DNA of 64,000 nt from Dimorphilus gyrociliatus (taxonomy: Eukaryota; Animalia; Annelida). Below the pieces are notes generated by a model. It searched no databases. It was not told where the DNA came from and was given only the letters and a program-made list of their open reading frames with translations. Below are positions 25,925 through 37,026 of this stretch, one piece after another. Every line of letters starts with the position of its first letter. Position 1 is the first letter of the stretch. A program made the position numbers and the translations under genes. The stretch spans positions 62,001 through 126,000 of the forward strand of contig CAJFCJ010000019.1 in NCBI GenBank assembly GCA_904063045.1. Direction: 5' to 3'.

Positions 25925-25983
25925 TAATATCATGAAGATATATTTATCATTTATTTTATTGTGATCAAATGAAAAGACAAATA

Positions 25984-27096
25984 TTAATCTCTGAATTTCA
26001 AAGAATGATCTAAAGCTATTCGTGCTGCTATGGGACACTCGGGCCATCCTTTATCCTTCCACAATTCTTTGCAAACTTGAATCAACTTGTAAATGTGCTC
26101 ATCTAATTCTCGTGCTAACAATTCCTCTGTGATTTTCTTCCACCATTCGTCATTAACTTCATCTTTGACTTCATCAGTACTGTTTAACTTAGGTGATAGC
26201 TGTCCTACATAGGCACTTAATAATATAGCCATATAAACTGTAATTGTTCTTCTGGATAAATCACAATCTCCAAGAATCTTAACAATCTGTACAACAGACC
26301 ATCCTGAAGTTATACCATGAAGTAAGAAAAAATCATTCTTTCGTGCGGATTTTACATAAACAATAAGAGAAAGATGCAAAGCATAGTATGCTAAGTCCAA
26401 ACAAGTCTTTACGTCCTTAGGTACTTGAATACGGCCAACGAATTCCAAAACCTCTTCCGGATAGAACTTAAAAAGTGCAGCAATTCGTCTTTGAAGGTAG
26501 CTGTTAGCCATTTTCTGAATTGTCTCATCTTCAACTTTATTGAGCATTTTATCAGTTAATTTCTCAGTCATGTCGTTGACAACGATAAAAGGATTTTCTT
26601 TTCCCTGACCAAAAATAGCCGGATTTTTATTTAATTTCTCACAAGTTATAGGAATGTATGAATGATGAACATAAGCCAATCCATCTATTGCACTTGGATC
26701 ATGCTCCACCGATAAAGCATAACCCAAATGAATTAAACCATGAATCGCTGATCCAGCTGATCCGTCACATAATTGGGGCCATACTTTTTCAAGTACAGTT
26801 TTCATATCATTGTTACAATCGCGATAAACTCCTCTATAATATTCGACCAGCTTCGGATAAGAAATGCGCGCTCCTTTCAAATCTTCTATAGTAAGTTCTT
26901 CTTTCACCACTTCTGGATCACGAAGTTTATGAGTATAAAACTTGATAAATTCTTGAATTCTCTTTTCATCGGCTGCTAGCCTATACAGAGCTATAATACC
27001 ATGTATCATATGATTCGACAGAAATCCATCGTATTCAATATGATAATTTTTAGATGAATATTTGTCCAAAAGTTCGACTAGCCACGGTGTCGTCAT
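25984..27096 (-). CDS. Questin oxidase/DUF4243 (AflY/GedK-like) family protein, copy 1, intronless
   Basis: 370-aa ORF with LSNHMIHG, AIHGLIHLGYA, DFFLLHGITS and DEHIYKL motifs typical of this family. Confidence 0.8.
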   Translation of the reverse strand: MTTPWLVELLDKYSSKNYHIEYDGFLSNHMIHGIIALYRLAADEKRIQEFIKFYTHKLRDPEVVKEELTIEDLKGARISYPKLVEYYRGVYRDCNNDMKTVLEKVWPQLCDGSAGSAIHGLIHLGYALSVEHDPSAIDGLAYVHHSYIPITCEKLNKNPAIFGQGKENPFIVVNDMTEKLTDKMLNKVEDETIQKMANSYLQRRIAALFKFYPEEVLEFVGRIQVPKDVKTCLDLAYYALHLSLIVYVKSARKNDFFLLHGITSGWSVVQIVKILGDCDLSRRTITVYMAILLSAYVGQLSPKLNSTDEVKDEVNDEWWKKITEELLARELDEHIYKLIQVCKELWKDKGWPECPIAARIALDHSLKFRD

Positions 27097-27340
27097 AATG
27101 CAAAATGTTTGTATAAAGTTCTATATTGGAGCAAATTAGGTTGAGAAATAGAGCGAACGGTGAGTTTGTGATTTTTTTTAGGGAAACAATTAGAAATAAG
27201 GCTCACACTTCCCAAACGGAAAGTGATACCTATGAGAAAGCAACAACCAGTCTAGCGCTCATGGACATCACCGGTAGATGTCGTTAAGACTCATATTTTC
27301 AATTGGCTTTTAGCAACAAAATGAATAGTTTTTATTATTC

Positions 27341-27720
27341 ATGATCACTATAATGTCAGTAAATGTGATATTCTATCATGTTCTATTATTATTAAATGCA
27401 CATATATATTGTACATAAAAATGAAATTTTATTCATTGCAGTCGATGATAGAGAACATTACAGCAGAGTATAAATATATAGGTACAAAAGTATTACACAT
27501 GTAAGTAAGGCCTATGTAGAAAACACAGAGTATACTTAGCATCCTAAGGGGAAACAGTAATAGGTCAAATGTAGAATGTCAAGCGAAGAAAAAGACATAT
27601 TGAAAAATGTAATTTTAAAGTTATAAAACAAAGCAAGTGCAACGTTATGATATAGATGAAATCCAACCATTCGATTAGGAATGTGCCTTGAATATGGGCC
27701 TAAAAGTAGTACCCCAAGCG
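27341..27720 (+). pseudogene. Decayed partial copy of gephyrin exons 1-3
   Basis: 27559-27583 aataggtcaaatgtagaatgtcaag matches 29637-29661 at 24/25 nt. Degenerate exon 1 (catgatcactataatgtcagtaaat vs catggctgaaaccaatgtcattaaat) and exon 2 with its gtaagt donor are retained. Frameshifts and stops are present. Confidence 0.75.
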
Positions 27721-27884
27721 TCATCATTATCTCCATTCCCGTTAGAGCTATATTTAAAAAGGAAATTTAAATTCTCTTGAGACGCGCTGATTCAAAGAGT
27801 GACAGAAAGAAAGTTAGATATTATGATAAAAATAGATTATTTACTCAATTTAATACTATCAAATCAGAGATAAATTTTATTCTG

Positions 27885-28994
27885 CTAATCTTCGAATTTA
27901 AAAGAATGATCTAACGCAATTCTTGCAGCAGTGGGACACTCGGGCCATCCTCTATCCTTCCATAATTCTTTGCAAACTTGAGTCAACTTATAAACATGCT
28001 CATCTAATTCTCGTGCTAACAATTCCTCTGTGATTTTCTCCCACCATTCTTCGTTAACATCATCTTTAACTTCGTCAGTACTAGTTAACTTGGGTGATAG
28101 TTGTCCCACATAAACAGTTAGTAATGTAGCCATATAAGCTGTAATTGATCTTCTGGATAAATCACAATCTCCAAGAATCTTAACAACCTTTGTTAAAGCC
28201 CATCCTGAAGTTATACCATGAAGTAAGAAAAAATCATTCTTTCGTGCAGATTTTACATAAACAATAAGAGAAAGATGCAAAGCATAGTATGCTAAGTCCA
28301 AACAAGTCTTTATGTCCTTAGGTACTTGAATACGGCCAACGAATTCCAAAACCTCTTCCGGATAGAACGTATGAAGAATAGCAATTAGTCTTTGGAGGTT
28401 GTTGGGGAATTTCTGCATTAATTCGTCTTCAACTTTACTAAACATTTTATCAGTTAATTTCTCACCCATCTCTTGTGCAATACTAAGGGGATTCTCGTTC
28501 CCTTGGCCAAAGATAGCCGGATTTTTATTGAACCTGTCGCAAACTAACGGAATGTGCGAATGATGAGTATAAGCCAATCCATCTATTGCACTTGGATCGT
28601 GCTCCACCGATAAAGCATAACCCAAATGAATTAAACCATGAATTGCTGATCCACCTATTCCATCACATAATTGGGGCCATACTTTTTCAAGTACTGCTTT
28701 CATATCATTGTTACAATCGCGATAAACTCCTCTATAGTAGTTGACTACCTTCGGATAAGAAATGCGCGCTCCTTTCAAATCTTCTATGGTATATTCATCG
28801 TTTATCGCCTCAGGATCGCGGAGTTTATGAGTATAAAACTTGATAAATTCTTGAATTCTCTTTTCATCGGCTGCTAGTTTATACAGAGCTATAATACCAT
28901 GTATCATATGATTCGACAGAAATCCATTATATTCAATATGGTAATTTTTGGACGAGTATTTGTCCAAAAGTTCGACTAACCATTGTGCTGTCAT
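27885..28994 (-). CDS. Questin oxidase/DUF4243 family protein, copy 2, intronless
   Basis: 369-aa ORF, colinear tandem paralog of 25984-27096 with the same His motifs. Confidence 0.8.
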   Translation of the reverse strand: MTAQWLVELLDKYSSKNYHIEYNGFLSNHMIHGIIALYKLAADEKRIQEFIKFYTHKLRDPEAINDEYTIEDLKGARISYPKVVNYYRGVYRDCNNDMKAVLEKVWPQLCDGIGGSAIHGLIHLGYALSVEHDPSAIDGLAYTHHSHIPLVCDRFNKNPAIFGQGNENPLSIAQEMGEKLTDKMFSKVEDELMQKFPNNLQRLIAILHTFYPEEVLEFVGRIQVPKDIKTCLDLAYYALHLSLIVYVKSARKNDFFLLHGITSGWALTKVVKILGDCDLSRRSITAYMATLLTVYVGQLSPKLTSTDEVKDDVNEEWWEKITEELLARELDEHVYKLTQVCKELWKDRGWPECPTAARIALDHSFKFED

Positions 28995-29396
28995 GTTCCC
29001 AATTGGCTATATGTTTTTAGCACAAGCCAGTTCTATATATACTTAATTATATAGGTGAAGAATTAGGACTAGCCTTACATGTAGTATTTCGCAACGACAG
29101 TGAAATAAAAGATTATGATCAAGTATTATTTCACATGTTTTTAGCAGATATAAGCATAGATTTGCTTGAACAAACAAAACTATTCGTATTTGAGATCAAT
29201 TTGTAGAGAGTTAAAGAGAAGTGTTAATCTTTTTCATCTAAACAAAATATAGGGTTCACACTTCCGCACCAAAAACGTAACAATTATATTGAGCATAGGC
29301 CCCGCTACCTCTCACAATATAAGAAATAGATATCGTTAAAAACTCTTATATTTTCAATCAATATTTTCGTAATTCAGAGATTAATATCAATTATCC

Positions 29397-31923
29397 ATGG
29401 CTGAAACCAATGTCATTAAATTTGGTGTTATTGCTGGTATAAATACAACTAAATACTTGTATATGCAACGTATTAAATATGAAATTTATACTAAACAGTT
29501 AGTGATAGAGGATATTCTGGAGAGCATACAGATAAGAGTGACATAATCTGTTCATTATTAACTGGTCAAAAGCTATTGTAAGTAAAAATCTCTTTAGGAA
29601 TCAGGCAGTAAGTTTCACATTATAGGGGAAAATTTTAATAGGTCAAATGTTGAATGTCAAGTTACGCGAAGAAATATTGTAAAAGACAACTTCGAAGATA
29701 TAAAACAAAACTTAATGCAGTGGTGTGATGAAGATGAAGTAAATATCTTGTTAACGGTTGGCGGTACGGGTTTTGCCGCAAGAGATGTGACGCCTGAAGT
29801 AAATTTTTCTTATTAAATATTTTCAATGATGGTTTAAACTAATACATTTAAAATTATTATCAAAAGGCAACTAAAGCTGTTATTGAAAAGGAAACTCCTG
29901 GTATTAGTTTGGCTCTTTTGAGTGAATCGCTTAAAATAACTTGTATGGCAATGCTATCAAGGCTTTGCTCTGGAATTAGAAAAAGAACTTTAATAATCAA
30001 TCTTCCTGGAAGCCTCAAAGGATCACAGGAGTGTTTGAAAATAGTTGCTCCGGTTTTAAAACACGCTGTTCAATTGCTAACGGATGATAAGATTGGTTCT
30101 GAAAAGATTCACAAAGATATGGGAAGTGACCAGCACCAACACCACCACCATCATCATCAAGAGCTCGAGACGCTCGTCTCAGCTGTTTGGCCTGATAACG
30201 TAGCTCTTAGGCCAAGGAAATCTCCCTACCCCATGATTAGTGTTGAGGAGGCTTTGTCAAAGGTTTTAGAACAAGTTGAGCTCTTACCTACTGAGACAGT
30301 CAATTATAAAAGTAGGCAAATAGATTTTTTCTGTTGTTTAAATGAGATAGCTAAGCGACTTTATACTTTCGAGTAGATGCGCTCCATAGAATCGTTGCAG
30401 AGGATGTTTTGGCCAAAGATGCTTTACCGCCTTATCCAGCCTCAATCAAGGACGGTTATGCGTGTATCTCTTCTGATGGTGCTGGCCATAGATTGGTTTT
30501 GGGAGATTCAACCGCTGGCTCTGCAGTTAGTTAAATATTAACAAAATGTTATCCTCCTAACTTAGATATTTTATTCTTTTGGAGTAGTCTGAGCACAAAG
30601 TTGTACCCGGTTATTGTGTTAGAATAAGCACTGGAGCTCAAATTCCTGTCGGCGCGGATTGCGTTATTGAAGTAGAGAGTACCAAACTCGTAAAAGATGC
30701 AAATGCTGGTAAAGAAGAGTTAGAGATTGAAATCTTGACACCTCCGAAACCAGGTCAAGATATAAGGCCCATAGGATTCGATATACCGAAAAACGAGATA
30801 ATTCTGAGAAAAGGCAATCACTTGGGTCCATCAGAACTTGGCCTCTTGGCTACTGTTGGAGTAACTGAGGTTTTTCCATATTTGTAACTTTTTTACAATT
30901 AATATATATATATACGCTGTATCTTCTTCTTTCTATTTCAAAGGTGCAATGCTTTAAGCAGCCTCGAATTGGCGTTATGTCTACAGGGAATGAGCTATTG
31001 GAACCTGAGGAGAGCTTAAAACCAGGCAAAATTCGTGATAGTAATAGAACAACTTTAAAAGCAGCTGTAATGAATGAGGGAATCCAGCCAGTATGTCTTG
31101 GAGTTGCCAAGGATACGTTAGTATAGGATGAGTTTTCAATTAAAAGGACAAACTTTATAATTAAAATCATATAGGGCTACAGATCTACTTAAGCAGCTGC
31201 ATCAAGCTTTTAAAACTGTAGACGTCGTTATAACGTCTGGAGGAATTTCTATGGGTGAAAAGGTTATTAATGAAAAAATATTGTTCCTTTAAACAAGTAA
31301 TAATCATCGACAGGATTTGTTAAAAGACGTTCTGAAAGCAGACTTTAACGCCATAATTCATTTTGCAAGAGTGTTTATGAAGCCAGGGTAATCTATTACG
31401 GAAATATTTAAATTATTAGTACACCGTATGCTCGACATATTGTAACTGTAGTTAATATTTTATTAAAGAAAGCCAACATGCTTTGCTACTTTGATGCATG
31501 AAGGGAAAAAGAAGTTAATTTTCTGTCTACCAGGAAATCCAGTATCGGCCATTGTCACCTTCAATCTGTATATCGTTCCTGCTCTTAAGAAAATGTCTAA
31601 TGATAATTCTTTTATGAGACCGGTGATTAAAGCGAGGGTAAAACAATATTTTATTTGATTATACTATAATAATTGGCGTATTATGTCTTTATTAGATTGC
31701 ATCCGATATTAAATTGGATCCGCGTCCAGAATATCATAGAGGTATCTTAAGTTGGACGAATGAAGATTTTCCATCGGTCGTAAGTACTGGAAATCAAATG
31801 AGCAGTAGACTTTTAAGTATGAAAAGCGCTAATTGCCTAATCAAATTACCTTCAAAGAGTGATGACATGAATATGATAAAAAGAGGAACTTTAGTTGACA
31901 CTATTATAATAAGTCGTGTTTAG
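29397..31923 (+). CDS. GPHN: Gephyrin / molybdenum cofactor insertase (G and E domains), about 11 exons
   Basis: G domain: [39 protein letters not shown] domain: [58 protein letters not shown]. Confidence 0.96.
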
Positions 31924-31967
31924 TAGAAAAAAGTACATTTGCTTACTTTTAAATTTTTACTTTGTTA

Positions 31968-32261
31968 TTAAAAATGTCGATACATAGGCCGGTTTCCGGA
32001 ATTCTTTGAGGGTGGGCGTAAGGGACTTGGTGGCCAAGACTTCTGAACTTTCTTTAGCCATTTTTCAATAGGGCACTGTGACTCTTCCAAGTACATAGGA
32101 TGAAGGCGTTTTAGATTTTCTTCAGTTAAAGGTAAAATATCATGTTGATGTCTTGATGTTGATTTTGAACGACTCTTTCTTTCTCTATATTCCCTCAATT
32201 GACATACACAATCGGTAATACATTTTCGATTTTTTGATGAGTATAAAAATTGTTCCGCCAT
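31968..32261 (-). CDS. Uncharacterised 97-aa single-exon protein
   Basis: The ORF fills the gap between gephyrin and the B56 promoter. The ATG is in strong context (aaaATGG, YY1-like AAAATGGCG). No homolog recognised. Confidence 0.55.
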   Translation of the reverse strand: MAEQFLYSSKNRKCITDCVCQLREYRERKSRSKSTSRHQHDILPLTEENLKRLHPMYLEESQCPIEKWLKKVQKSWPPSPLRPPSKNSGNRPMYRHF

Positions 32262-32722
32262 TTTTTTATAGTAAATATTAATTTTCGAACTTTTATTAGT
32301 TATTTGAATAAATTACAGTCAAATTTAGGCTAATTTAAAAGTTAAAAAATATGTTAGAACATCAGATGGCGTTAGAGTCCATAACACAGTCTCGGAAAAT
32401 CGCGATTTACCGCCATATTGTTCTGACGAGATTTCAATGAACAGTCATATTTCGCTGCTAAGATTATCGGATTTAGGTGTTTGATTGATTGATCGTGATC
32501 TTGGGAACAAGTTGTATAACGCCTGTCTTCATTAGGATAAGGGACAGTGCGTTCCGGATAGCGGCAATCGAATTCGAATGCCTATGTGATCAGTTGAAAG
32601 AGTCGGCCGATAATGGTGTTATTAGTTACTACGGACTATATATACAGAAACCTATTATCGAAAAGCAAGAAATTAAGGAGGGAGCGAATCTGAACTGAAG
32701 ATTTAAATTCTAATAAAACGAT

Positions 32723-34523
32723 ATGGCATCGAATAAAGAGAAAGGGGATCGCATAACCGATCCCTTCTTGAATAAAATATCCGTTAAAACAAGAAAACAG
32801 AAACGTAGTCAAGGATCGTCGCATTTCCGAAACAAAGGCCAAACGGAATTAACACCGTTGCCGATTTTGAAAGGTATAGTAATACATTTTTAATATCTAT
32901 TGATTTTATTATTTAAGATATGAATGAAGTTTGACGGTGGCGAATATCATTTTAACAAATCTTTTGAAACTCACCTATTCAAAACTTGGTGTAGTTAAGT
33001 AATTAAAAATGTTTTCATTCTTGGGCTACAGACGCTCCTGGGAATGAACAACAAGATTTATTCGTAAGGAAATTGCAACAGTGCTGTATCGTGTTCGACT
33101 TTATGGATACGGTGGCCGATCTGAAAAGTAAGGAAATAAAAAGGGCCGCACTAAATGAGATTGTCGAATACGTGACGGCAAACAGAGGTGTTCTTACTGA
33201 AACTGTTTGTCCGGAAATCGTGAAAATGATTTCGGCGAATATCTTGCGTACACTTCCGCCATCCGACAATCCCGACTTCGATCCGGAAGAGGACGATCCG
33301 GCACTAGAAGCATCTTGGCCTCATCTGCAGCTAGTCTACGAATTCTTTCTGCGTTTCCTCGAATCGCAGGACTTCCAAACGTCGTTTGTGAAGAAATACA
33401 TTGATCAGAAATTCGTTTTGCAGGTTCTAATACATTATGGCTTTTGTAACCATGACAACGTTCTATCATTCGTTTTTTTCAGCTTCTCGATTTATTCGAT
33501 AGTGAAGATCCAAGAGAGAGAGATTTCTTGAAAACTGTTCTTCATCGTATATATGGAAAGTTTCTAGGTCTTCGCGCATTTATACGCAAACAAATCAACC
33601 ACATTTTTCTCAGGTAATTCAATAAGCAAAGAAGATATGGTAAGTGAATTATTACACTATATAAAATGATACTTCTTTAATAGGTTTATTTATGAAACTG
33701 AAAAATTTAATGGCATTGGCGAATTGTTGGAAATTCTTGGTAGTATTATTAACGGTTTCGCATTGCCCTTGAAAGTGGAGCATAAGCAGTTTTTAATCAG
33801 AGTGCTCATTCCCTTGCATAAATCAAAGACGCTGAGTTTATATCATGCACAACTCGCCTATTGTGTCGTGCAGTTTCTTGAGAAGGACGCTACACTAACC
33901 GAACCCGTAGTAAAGGGCCTTTTAAAATATTGGCCCAAAACCTGCAGCACAAAAGAGGTGATGTTTTTGGGCGAAATCGAAGAAATACTCGACGTCATCG
34001 AACCTACTCAGTTTCAAAGGATCATGGAAATACTATTCAAGCAGATTGCTAAATGTGTAGCATCTCCTCATTTCCAGGTACTTAGCGTAAATTCGAATTT
34101 TTGCACTCACATCCGTTGATCAATTGTTTTGTCTTTGTAGGTAGCCGAACGCGCTTTATATTACTGGAATAATGACTACGTTATGGGTTTGATGGAAGAG
34201 AACATCAAGGTCATCATGCCAATTATGTTTCCTTCATTGTATCGTATTTCGAAAGAGCATTGGAATCAGACTATCGTAGCTCTTATTTATAGTGTTCTTA
34301 GGACGTTTATGGAAATGAATTCGACTCTCTTCGATGAACTTACCAATAATTATAAGGCAGAGAGGCAAAAGTAGTATAATTAATGTTATGGCCCTCTAAT
34401 CTATTAGCATTCTTGTACCATTTCAGAGAAAGAAAGAAGGAAAAGGAGAGAGAAGAGATGTGGAAAAAATTAGAAAAACTTAAGCTGCAGCACCAAACTC
34501 AGACGAATAAGAAGAAACAATGA
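32723..34523 (+). CDS. PPP2R5: PP2A regulatory subunit B' (B56), alpha/epsilon/widerborst-like
   Basis: N-terminal [16 protein letters not shown], then [17 protein letters not shown]-like [42 protein letters not shown], and [16 protein letters not shown]. Confidence 0.96.
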
Positions 34524-35031
34524 GTTCGGTTTCGCAATTGACTTCGTATAGGAATGTTCTGATTGGTGAAAAAGCCAAACTATTTTGTTTATTTATTGGT
34601 CATGCATTACGGTTGTTTATTTTTGGGCTGAATCGTTTATATGGAATGCAATGTTGTTGTATAATGCACTGTTTTTACAAGGACATTGAACTGAATGATT
34701 GAAAACTGTATGTTAGCTGAAAGCGTTTGACCTAAACTCTTTGAGATAGTTGTCCCAATGTTGCCCTTTGACCTTCACTTTTTTTAAAACACGAAACTAA
34801 TTGCTAACGACGCTACTCTAAAAAGATTATCGTTTTTTTAAAAGTGACGATGGTACTGCATGTATAATGTAAAATGTAGTTGTGTTGTTTTTCTAAGTAG
34901 ATATAATAAATAATATCTATACGTATCTAAACATGTACACCTTGTTTTTTATGTGCTATATAATTAAAAATGATTATTCGACATTTTATTTAGGCAATTC
35001 ATATACAATTAACATATACATGTATATTATG

Positions 35032-35042
35032 TATATATATAT

Positions 35043-35075
<33 letters not shown>

Positions 35076-35076
35076 T
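35032..35076. repeat. (TA)n microsatellite
   Basis: Near-perfect TA run. Confidence 0.9.
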
Positions 35077-35698
35077 CATATCTTTTGTATATGATGTCTT
35101 CTTTCATATTCTGTTCCGTAAGTAGATTCAAATTGTATATTGCCATTAAACATTTGAAGCTTGAAATAACCAGGAAATTCAAATGTTCGTTGTTTTTCTT
35201 GATGCAGTGAATGAGCTAGCCTTTAGTCTGTTTGGTCAGTGAATGCAGGGTAAATACTGTATTTATAAATTTGTAATTTTTCGTCAGTGCACTTCATTAC
35301 ATGCGAAAAAAAAATTTGCTGCGGAAATACGACTAATACATGTTCTTTTTTGGAACAAGTCAATAACTCTTTTATGCTAGGGATTACCAAATAAATGCAT
35401 TTACGATCTGTAAATGTCTTAAGAGAAATTTCAAATAACTAGTAATACTTATACTACAGAATATACAGGCAATTTCGCACTTTACAAATTCATAACTTGC
35501 TTACACGGAAATAAATATCCGGCTTTTGTGAGGTCTTGTTCGTAAGAATAATATGAGTGCACTATAAATAGACATGATGAAAAAGACATTATGAGACAGA
35601 ACGGAAGAGGATGGGGCATTTAGAAGAAAATATGGAAGTCCCTGCTGACGGTGTATTCTAGGCTTACCCTGTTTGTATATTTGATCATATGAGAAAGA

Positions 35699-36408
35699 AT
35701 GGTTGAGGTATAAAAACATTTTATTAATTATTGAGATCATTTACATTAACGAAATCAAATGTTTAAGATATATACACTTTAATGGTGTTATAATATTTGA
35801 AAATTATTTTTAAAAATTAATTATAAGTGCTAGATAAATTAGAATTGGACTTATTTACATGCAATTCATTATTTTCGTTCAACAGGAACTTAAAAGAGAG
35901 TTTCGACAACATATGAAATCGTAAGTATATATTTCTAAACTATTGCAAGGAGTTCTATAAATGAATTTTACTATACAGTGTAGCAGGATTGCATTGTATA
36001 ATCATATGTGACCGAGAAGGTGTTCCGATATTAAAAGGTTTCTCTTTTTTTTATTATGATCAAATGTTTTTACTTTGGCAATTTTAGTGAGTGACAAAAC
36101 ATTGGATGACGAGAGCGAACATGCTCATTTTTTGTCCACGTTTTCCTTGGCAATAGAACAGGCTTCTAAACTAGGATTATCATCTAATAAAAAAATGTTG
36201 ATTGAATATGGTTCTAAGCAAGTGAGAAATATTTAATAACATCTGAAAATATTTGCAAAAGATACTTTTATTGCAGATTATATCTATTAGTTGTAATTCA
36301 TCAATCTTGGTACTTATAGCAGATTCTAGCAGCAATTCTGGACATATTCTGAACATGGAGGAAGAACTTAAACCGTATTTGGCAAAAGTACAGGAAGCCA
36401 TTGTGTAA
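35699..36408 (+). CDS. LAMTOR3: Ragulator subunit MP1 (5 short exons, absent from ORF track)
   Basis: Spliced product MVE|ELKREFRQHMKS|VAGLHCIIICDREGVPILK|VSDKT...FLSTFSLAIEQASKLGLSSNKKMLIEY...SGHILNMEEELKPYL matches LAMTOR3 (GLHAIVVSDRDGVPVIK; FLSTFALATDQGSKLGLSKNK). Confidence 0.9.
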
Positions 36409-37026
36409 AATTGTTAAAAAATTCAATTAGCTTTTAAAAGAAACTCTTGTAAAGAAAAAAGATATTTAAAAAAAGGGAAGAAACAATTTTCTAGAATAAA
36501 TGAATCAATACTATACGACTTTGTTCCTATTTACATTTATGTTTTGAATCACGTGAGTTGTTACTAAACTTGTTATTTGAAAATTTTATCTCATATAATT
36601 AATATACATTATTCATAGCAATAAAAAAATATGGAAATTAAAATTTTAATGGATAGATAAAGAATGTTCCTTAAAGAATTAACAACCCATCCATTATTTA
36701 TATTCTTAATCCTAAATGGATAATAGTGTCTCTAAGAGGTTGCTTAAAAACTTATTAAAATCTTGGGTTCTAAGGTTTTTGTCTATTTTTTTTTTCTTTT
36801 TCTTAAGTTATGCATACTTAAATACATCTTCTAATCGCTAAGAACATCTGTTTTTGGCGAGTATAGTTCTCTTTTTTGACGTGTTCTTCGATATCTTATT
36901 CTTGATAAGTGTAATATATTTGATTGACATAGAAAAAATCCATTTTCTTCAAAAAAAAATAAACTCACTCAAACATTCGCGAAATGTTTGAATCTTAAAG
37001 CGTAATTAAAGCGAAGTTATTCAGTT

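Noticed and set aside
25984-28994. Bacterial or fungal contamination as the source of the oxidase genes
   Set aside because: They are contiguous with intron-containing animal genes, have similar AT content, and were co-duplicated with host gephyrin exons.
32377-32700. Short upstream ORFs before B56 (e.g. 32437-32484)
   Set aside because: The TSS is unknown, so they cannot be placed in the 5' UTR.
33015-33469. Antisense and alternate-frame ORFs over the B56 exon, and similar ones over ZNF236, the oxidases and the LRR gene
   Set aside because: They are shadow ORFs of real coding exons with no independent features.
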